From positions 1,736,001 to 1,800,000 of the forward strand of contig CP075496.1 in NCBI GenBank assembly GCA_021613535.1: a DNA stretch of 64,000 nucleotides, in the 5' to 3' direction. Source of the DNA: Adineta vaga (Eukaryota; Animalia; Rotifera). The notes beneath the pieces were generated by a model. It was not told where the DNA came from. It worked only from the letters and a program-made list of their open reading frames with translations, and did not search any database. Numbering within the stretch: position 1 is the first letter of the stretch; the number at the start of each line of letters is the position of its first letter. Below are positions 56,801 to 64,000 of this stretch, in pieces. Position numbers and translations under genes: made by a program.

Positions 56801-58310
56801 ATCCTCTCCGGCATATCAAAACTTTCGAGAAAATGGGTCTCTGTTTTCCTGAACCCGGTTTTTCGCACGGTCAGTTTTGTACAGGATGTTCAAGAGTGAT
56901 GGAGTCTAATTGCCCAAAGATTCAGGTGTAAGATACTTCTATACAGAGTGAAATGAATAATGAAACAAGTGTAACAGATGATGTTGTTTATGAGGAAATT
57001 TTTTCGTAAATGTTTCTTAGTTAATTTTCGTAGTTGATCATTTCAATAATATTTTTATTATTTAATCTTTTTAATCTTTTCAAATGAAAATACTGATTTA
57101 AAACTCTTAGTCAGCCAAATTTTATGATAATTCCAAGGTCAAATTATTCATAGGGTTTTTAGCCTGTGTGTATTTATCATCGTCAAATAAACCCTAACAG
57201 AAGTAAATGTGGAATTCCAACAAAATTCTGTTGAAGGTATGTGAAAGGGTTTGGAAATCGTTTGTTCGGGTGTATTATACAAAGACATGAATTATTATGG
57301 GGCTAATTATCACTGCTTAATGTGCGAAGTATTGAATGGGTAGGGTGACGACGGCAATTAGAAATGGTAGCTAATGTATGAAAATAGTTCTTATGTGTGG
57401 AATGTTTAAAGATGCATTTGACGTGGACCTCCTGACTTTTGAAACGGTCGTGGAGCTTTGTCGTTCATTCACAGTTGATTGAACCATAGTTGCTGTTAAA
57501 GGGAAGTAATGTTTACTAATGTTTTTTTTACAGGCGACGAAGATTTTTTTAGATTTTAAGTTTTCGTATTAGATACTCGAGTCAATGCTACTGTTTTATT
57601 GTTGATTTTTATGGTTGATTAATGAGGTAGAATACTCAGTCGTTCCTAAGTATTGTACAGTCCACTTTATCTTATCTGCTTGTTTTGAAAGAAAGTTGTC
57701 GCATTGTTTGAGAGATCCAATCAGGGGCGTGACACTCCCCTGTTTCGGGAAAATTTTTGTATTTTTGCTCGTCAAAACTTTTTAAAGCAAAAACAACTTT
57801 TTCGCTGCGCTCCCCCTGCCTTTGACAGTTTGTGACGCGCCTGGATTCAATAGGGACATCTGTTTGTGATGAGAAAAGTGCGTTTTAATTGGACAATTTT
57901 ATTCTTGCTTCGCTCACGATCTTATATTAGCTAAGAAGCATATTTTCTGGGCATCGAAGGAAAAGAAGAGAATGAAGAAGCGTTTGTTTTGTAATAACAT
58001 GAGTCAATGTTTTGGTTGACTCACTCGTGGCAATTGCTTCCAAATTGTGAAATTATTTGCTTTCTTCTTTGAGTAAAATCATTGAGTAGGATATTGCTAG
58101 ACTCGTGTGTGGTAGAGCAGACGAGAAAATAGTTTGAGCATTTAGAAAACTTACTAGATATCGATGATAAGTGTTAAGGATTTGATTGAAACGTCGACAA
58201 ACATTTTGCATTGAACAAAACAGTGTAAAATCGCTCTGATGATCCATAATTCGATAAACGAGTTCGATAGGCAATGTTAAAAATGTGTACATATTCTTTT
58301 TAGATTCCAT
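53885..58310 (-). CDS. F-box + RI-like/NLRC3-like LRR protein (~558 aa if all exons are used): F-box exon, 17 single-LRR exons and a terminal capping exon
   Basis: Exon 1 at 58155-58310 (FLTLPIELVYRIMD...VCRRFNQIL, ends at a phase-0 gtaag). 17 exons of 84 nt with consensus TLTxLxLxxNQIGDQGAQHIGDALRTNT. Last exon at 53885-53977 reads TLTQLILWNNQIADERREQLRNCLVNRVLC*. Confidence 0.85.
53970..56372 (-). repeat. Tandem array of 17 units of ~141 bp (84-nt LRR exon + 56-57-nt intron)
   Basis: Low coordinates of the exons: 54035, 54176, 54317, 54458, 54599, 54740, 54880, 55021, 55162, 55303, 55444, 55585, 55725, 55866, 56007, 56148, 56289. A recurrent core TTACCGTATTCGTTCGCAA marks each unit. Confidence 0.95.
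57722..57843. mobile_element. hAT-like MITE (~122 bp) inside intron 1 of the F-box/LRR gene
   Basis: Imperfect TIRs CAGGGGCGTGACA / TGTGACGCGCCTG (11/13 match). Flanked by an 8-bp near-perfect TSD, GATCCAAT (57714-57721) / GATTCAAT (57844-57851). Confidence 0.75.
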
Positions 58311-58581
58311 ACAAAAGATTGTTGAAAATACAAGGTTTTGAATATATTTTATTTATTACAAGAAGCAGTTTGTTATACTGAAATAGTTATTTTTTGTTAT
58401 TGAAAACGAATGAAGTGTGACGGTTTAAACAGTATAGCGAATAGTTAGTTTACTCAAGAAGATGGCGTTAATGTAAGGATGGCTCATAAGTCAGGTAACA
58501 AAGATTTTTTTGATTTCTTTCTTATATACCGTTGTTCACATCTGATATTTATAGCATATATATATATATATATATATACTA

Positions 58582-59234
58582 CAGTCGAACCTCTCTTAAA
58601 TGCGCACTGATGGGACGGTCCCGAACTGCCCATTTAACCTAGGTGCCCTTTTTTTTAGAGAGGTTCACCTTCATACACATTAGAAGGCTGCTTTGCGTCC
58701 ACATATACACAAAAACTAGTAGGGAGCTATCGCTGATGTATTGTTAGATTGTATGAATTGTCCTTTATTCAAATTTCGATACAAAGTAACTCTTTCTTTA
58801 TTGAGGGTGTGGGTGGAATACTACCATCGCCCTCACACAACGTGCACTGCGAGAGCCCAGCTCCATCAGCTTAGTCATTAATCAACCCGATATTCTGTTC
58901 GAGTGATATATAATGACCAAAGATCATTTTAATGTTCTGTCAGCTAGCTTCAACTCAATGCACGACTTTTTATACTGTATTCATAATTGACTTCACAATT
59001 TCGTATGAATAAACGATGACCTTTCATGTTTGACTTGAACAGAAAATTTATTCCCATTCAAATAACAATAACGGATGGCAAGTGACGAAAGAGTTTTGCG
59101 CTGATTGGAACATTAATCACATGTACCCATGTAAGAGAGGTTTTAATGTATTGTTAGGATTTAAAACAGTGCTCACTGGTCAGAGTTTCTAGGTGCCCTT
59201 GTTCGAGAGATGCCCACATATAGAGGTTTCACTG
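58582..59234. mobile_element. Tc1/mariner-pogo (Tigger-like) MITE, ~650 bp
   Basis: TIRs CAGTCGAACCTCT / AGAGGTTTCACTG (11/13 match), TA on both sides, next to a (TA)n tract. Internal subterminal repeats AGAGAGGTT and CTAGGTGCCCT. Confidence 0.8.
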
Positions 59235-59398
59235 TAGTTGGTATTACCTAAAGATGCAGCATATGAATCATATTGGAGTCGCGTCACTTGGTCTAACACA
59301 TACATATACTGAATAACCTATAAAAATGGCAACATATTTGAGCTCTAAGAAAACTACACAGAAAAATGGTTCTTTGAAGTATTTCACCATGAAACTTT

Positions 59399-59740
59399 TC
59401 ACAAATATTGCTCAATGTATATACCCTCGTACGTCTTTGTAAAGTTGTAGTCTTTCAGGTACACAATGACAAGCTCTGTGACATAATTCTTCCGGTAAAC
59501 TTTCCAATTTTGTAATAATAGCATTTTGAATTTATTGAAGACCTTTAGGTTTTGTTGCATATACGCAGTCTTTGATAACTCCGCGTAAGGAGTAATCGAT
59601 TGATATCGAATCTGAAAATCGCGTCGGCTACTCAATTGGTCCATGTCGGCCAATCCATTGATCAGAAAATGTTTCACATAGGAAGTGTCGAACGTATTGA
59701 GCATAATGAACTTGTGCTCCATCTTGCATGTAAAATGTCT
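59399..59740 (-). mobile_element. Degenerate DD41D (rosa-type) Tc1/mariner transposase, C-terminal fragment
   Basis: In a frame different from the listed ORF it reads FYMQDGAQVHYAQYVRHFLCETFSDQWIGRHGPIE*PTRFSDSISIDYSLRGVIKDCVYATKP. There are 41 residues between the QDG Asp and the final Asp, with in-frame stops. Confidence 0.8.
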
Positions 59741-59744
59741 CTCC

Positions 59745-61036
59745 TAAATTCATTCGAAAAAACATATGCTGATATAATAAAAACGATTACTGCTGTTGCA
59801 ATTAAACCACTAATCATACCTAAAAATTAGAAGAACAAAAATCAGTGTTAGATACTTCAATAATAAAAATACTTCCCCTTTACAGATTCTATCTATTTTT
59901 CGAAATATTTGTTTGACACGATCTCGAATATAATGTAGATGAGAGTGAAGTTTTTCAGAAAGTCTCATTCTAATTACTATAATATAAATAACAATCATGA
60001 CATGTATAATTCGTGTTATAGGCGATACAAGCAAACAATGAACAGATTTTATATTGAAAGTAAATATATTTTGCATGAGTATATCACCAAAGAGAATATT
60101 TTCAGGATATTCTTGATCTTGTTCAATTGATTCAAATGCTGGATAAGTCACTTTACCAATAACTTCATGTGGACAATAAAATTCTTTTGAACAATTATTG
60201 GTTGATGATGAATGTAGGTAACATAATTCAATTCCATAATAATCTCGATTTATACCACGATTGCAAGGTAAATAGTTTGTAACATATGTACTTGTATTTG
60301 CACAAATATTCGGTGGGGCACTAAGAATAACAATACCATTAACAAAACGATCTAAAAGACCTAAGTGAGCATGAGCATTGAGAGAACATGTGATACGGAT
60401 AAAGGATGGATTGATGTAGAGTCTATGGAGCATTTGGATGTATAAGAATTGAGGGTGTTGAGTCATTGAAACCATCGGATTGAATATCATAAACATGTAC
60501 TGATGATGAAATTCATTGATAATTTCAATATGAATAAACTTTAGCTAAAATAACTGCTTTATGACAAGTTTCATTTAATCATGCAACACTTTTCCCAAGA
60601 TACATTGAAACTACTTCTTGTTTGACGTATACCAATTGTAAAGTTTGAGTATTATTTAATGAATGTAAAAAGACGGTATTTAGAGATTGAACACCAATGA
60701 GAACCTGTTGTGTTTGTCAACAGATACTCACTGACATAACAGATGGTGATGTGTAAGTTCGACCATTCATTATTCAATGCATAGAAGGGTGTGGGTCAAG
60801 GTATCTCTTCTACAGTACATCCACATCCTTCTTGATAATTTTTTTATAAAAATTGATTCCTATGAAAATGGTTATATAACCAAGGTTCAAAAAAATATAA
60901 ATCGAATATTAACTTTGAGTTGAGATTTGCAAGATTAAAATGATAAAACATTAGATAGGAAATGAATTGAATTGAACACATAATAATAAATGAAGATAAT
61001 TAATATTCACAGAGCTAGTTGAGCTGATTTATCATT
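59745..61036 (-). pseudogene. Disrupted gene for a Cys-rich membrane protein of unknown family, truncated at the transposase relic
   Basis: Coding-like Cys-rich and hydrophobic segments (…CNRGINRDYYGIELCY…IIHVMIVIYIIVI…GE|…ISGLIATAVIVFIISAYVFSNEF) with stops upstream and an apparent frameshift. The frame runs into transposase sequence. Confidence 0.45.
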
Positions 61037-61416
61037 AATTTTATCTTAAACATCTTTGTTCCATTTAGTAATTCATTCCAGTATAATCTTATTCGATTCT
61101 GTTCAATGAAAAAAAAATCAAATTGACAAGATTATTTCGTTTATTTATGATCTATCGATCGTAATGGAGAAAATTAATCTTTTTTTAAATAAAAATATCA
61201 AATGATGGATTAAAAGCGATCGATGATAAAGTTTTATTTTGTTAATTAAAGATAAATATTTCAAAGATTTTATTTATCTGATGGGAAAACTTATAATTTG
61301 TTAAATATGTTTTTATTAAAATTCTGGAAAAAAATATATTTAGAATATTATTTATTTTCATTTTAACAAAAGAGAACATTCGTCATAGGAGGAAATGGAA
61401 AAGGAAGTTAATTAAA

Positions 61417-62007
61417 TCAACTTTGTAGTTCGATTGTAAAACGTTGAACACAATGGTTTAAGTACTCCACGACGTAAAGATAATTGTTTACATCCAATGA
61501 AATACCGATGGGCCAACTCTTCTGACAGTTCTGTCTTCTACAACAAGTTCCTCCAATAATAGGTATCCCAGTAGTGGCTCCTTTCGAGCAACGCATCACT
61601 CGATGGTTTCCTACGTCTGCCACGTAGACAGTTTCCAAATCATTCACAAACAATCTATTGGGATAAGATAATTGTGGATTACTATTTCCTTCTTTTACAT
61701 TCTTCATCCATTTCGCCACACGATGATTAAGCCATTCTGATATATACACTGTCTGATCTGCAGTGACAAGGACGTAAGAATGACAATGTAGCTGATTTGA
61801 ACAATCATCCTTCCCATTTCTACCATCTACTATTACATAATTCGTGCCTCCCGGTTGATAGCGTCTAACTACATAATTTTTATCGTCTGTAACGTAGAGA
61901 AATCCTTCTTTATCTTTCGTTAAATCGTAACAACTAATCTTTTTTATGATCACTTCTCCACTTGTTTTTTCAATCACAAATGAGAAGACTATTTGTCTCT
62001 TTTTCAA
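61417..62007 (-). pseudogene. NHL-repeat (beta-propeller) gene fragment, probably degenerate
   Basis: NHL units LYVTDDKNYVVRRY, VYISEWLNHRVAKW, VYVADVGNHRVMR and LYVVEYLNHCVQRF. The typical VAGGNG linkers are eroded or deleted and no clear N-terminus is seen. Confidence 0.65.
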
Positions 62008-62900
62008 CGATCACATTAGTTCACGTATTCAACTGGTTCATTTGTTTACCTACCTCGTCCGTTTTCACCAGCGACCAAATAGCTCTCATCTGTTATCTTT
62101 CGTGAAAAACACAACACACTTTCACCAAACGCATCCACGAAAGTGAATTAAGTTTAACTAAATTAAACAGGAAAGTTGAAGTATTACTGTTGAGCTTACG
62201 ATTAAATCCTCTTTTTTTATACGATTTAAGATATAATCTGCAAATCATATTGTTAAAATCAATCTTTACTGGATTTATTTGTTGGTGTGTTTGTCCTTCC
62301 TGCAATTCGGGTACTAAAAAGCAGATATTTACCAGAAAAAAACAATGGATATTGTGTCTTCTTGTTGACCGATCCGTTATGTATCTACTTATTTCTTTAT
62401 CTGTTTGTTGAACGAGTAGAAGTATATAAATACTTCTTTGAACTCAGTTGCTCATTGTTATTGACATCATTTTGTATTTGCGCATATATCGATTTGCAAT
62501 GGCACAGGAAGTCGCAGAACATGGAAACTCTCTGATATAGTTGATTCATTTCTTTTAACTCTATTAATCGTTTGTGCTTATCATCTGTTAGGGGTCTATT
62601 TAATTATGTAAAATACACACCACATCCTCATATATATTATTTCTCACGAAAATATAAGTACAATACCACTCATTTATTTACATAATAGTGAAAATATTCT
62701 ATTAACATTTATAATTTGGTTCTAGTTTAACTTTTGTTATAAAATCAATATACAACAAAACAGCAAAAAAAGAAAAAAGTGTCATGTTAATATTCAACGA
62801 CATTTATTCAAATATTTCTATTTGAAGAATATCATAAGTTTAAATCATGAATCAATATTAAATCTATTGCACAATTGTAATAAACCAAAACAATAAGTCA

Positions 62901-63482
62901 TCATTTGAAATCATCATCGTCAGCGTCTTCTTCGTCTTCTTCATCCTCTTCGTCTTCCTGTTTAATATCTTCTTCAACTTCATCGTTAGAATCCCATTCT
63001 GATGTATGTTGTTCACCTTCAGGTTGTTCGAAATCTACAGCAACATCATAAACAAAATCCTTTGATGAAGGATCAACAAAATTCTTTTCAAAAGTTTCAT
63101 TCATAATCAATTTCTTATGTTTCAATGCATCATCATCAAGTTTATTAAGATCTTCATTGACATCCAAGTCATCAAATTGTCGTAGTTTCTTATCTAAATC
63201 ACTCTTGGATAGATTTGTACCCAAACCTTCTTTTAAAACAAATAAAAGACGTTCAATTCGTCGTAATGGAATATATCGAAAAAGATTTCGATTTCTTGTT
63301 GTTTTATCATCATGAAGTTCTTGAGCATAATCAGTAATATTTGTAGTTTTAGTAAAATCTTCCAATGTCACTGTACGACGACGGAATTTACCTGTTGATG
63401 TATCCGTATAGAAGAGAAATATAGTTGGTGGCTTAAATCGAACACCCATTTTTTGCATTTTAATTGATGTTGAAGATGTCAT
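62901..63482 (-). CDS. CEP19: Centrosomal/ciliary protein CEP19, intronless
   Basis: GVRFKPPTIFLFY...GKFRRR, EDLNKLDD..LKHKK.IMNETFEKN...DFVYDVAVDF and EWD, followed by an acidic tail. Confidence 0.88.
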   Translation of the reverse strand: MTSSTSIKMQKMGVRFKPPTIFLFYTDTSTGKFRRRTVTLEDFTKTTNITDYAQELHDDKTTRNRNLFRYIPLRRIERLLFVLKEGLGTNLSKSDLDKKLRQFDDLDVNEDLNKLDDDALKHKKLIMNETFEKNFVDPSSKDFVYDVAVDFEQPEGEQHTSEWDSNDEVEEDIKQEDEEDEEDEEDADDDDFK

Positions 63483-63829
63483 CTTTCGATTGAAAGTAAA
63501 ATTTCACGAATGAGTACAAGAAAGAGAATGATTTCTCAGGTTACCATGCCATAGGTAGTTGTTCGTTCGATACCTCTCTCTCTTTATTTTAACATCCTGT
63601 GAATGTGTTCCGTGAGAGAAATGACTGCCATCTGTAGGTGAAGTCTATAAGAATTTATAATTGTCATTCTTTTATTCAATACTATCAGTATGTTCTAAAA
63701 TGATAATTGTTACGACCTTTTATTGAATAAAACTAATCACAGGTTTATGCGGGAATACGTTTTCGAAAAGAAAATAGAAAAAGCTAAGCTGCAAGAATAA
63801 TTACTAATTATAAGTAAAAAAAAAAAGAA

Positions 63830-64000
63830 TCATTTGTCGATCAATTTTGATAGATTGATTGTTAATCGATGAAGTTCTTGTGTAAATCTCAATTGTGTTT
63901 TATCGATTTCTTCACGAATTTCATTGATTTTATGTAATAATTTTTCATTAAAAATCTCTTGTGAATTTTCTTTATTTTGATTTAGGTCTGATAAAATCTC
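63830..64000 (-). CDS. 3' end of a coiled-coil protein gene entering from beyond the window
   Basis: Open frame EILSDLNQNKENSQEIFNEKLLHKINEIREEIDKTQLRFTQELHRLTINLSKLIDK*, ending at TGA 63830-63832. Confidence 0.55.
   Translation of the reverse strand, partial: EILSDLNQNKENSQEIFNEKLLHKINEIREEIDKTQLRFTQELHRLTINLSKLIDK

Overview
This is AT-rich eukaryotic (animal) genomic DNA, gene-dense, with mostly 50-60 nt GT-AG introns. The intron style and gene content (cellular RdRP, bacterial-type glucokinase, NHL-repeat, F-box/LRR and intronless GPCR genes) suggest a bdelloid rotifer; that assignment is inference. 1-52 kb is a compact gene-rich block: a ~14.8 kb secreted Reeler/SEA/FN2/multi-EGF/ShKT gene, an RdRP, DNAI2, a GPCR, a PAN-EGF-TSP1-SRCR-like gene, glucokinase, malic enzyme, an F-box gene, three tandem FABPs, an RRM gene, COG4, GATD3/ES1, RAB5IF, PRPF6, dynein LC8 and a second GPCR. 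52-62 kb is an accessory region with MITEs, a DD41D transposase relic and pseudogenes. It also holds the most striking feature: an F-box gene whose LRR domain is built from 17 tandem 84-nt phase-0 single-repeat exons with variable ligand-face codons and mosaic introns. CEP19 and a partial gene close the window. Exon boundaries were read by eye and may be off by a few bases.
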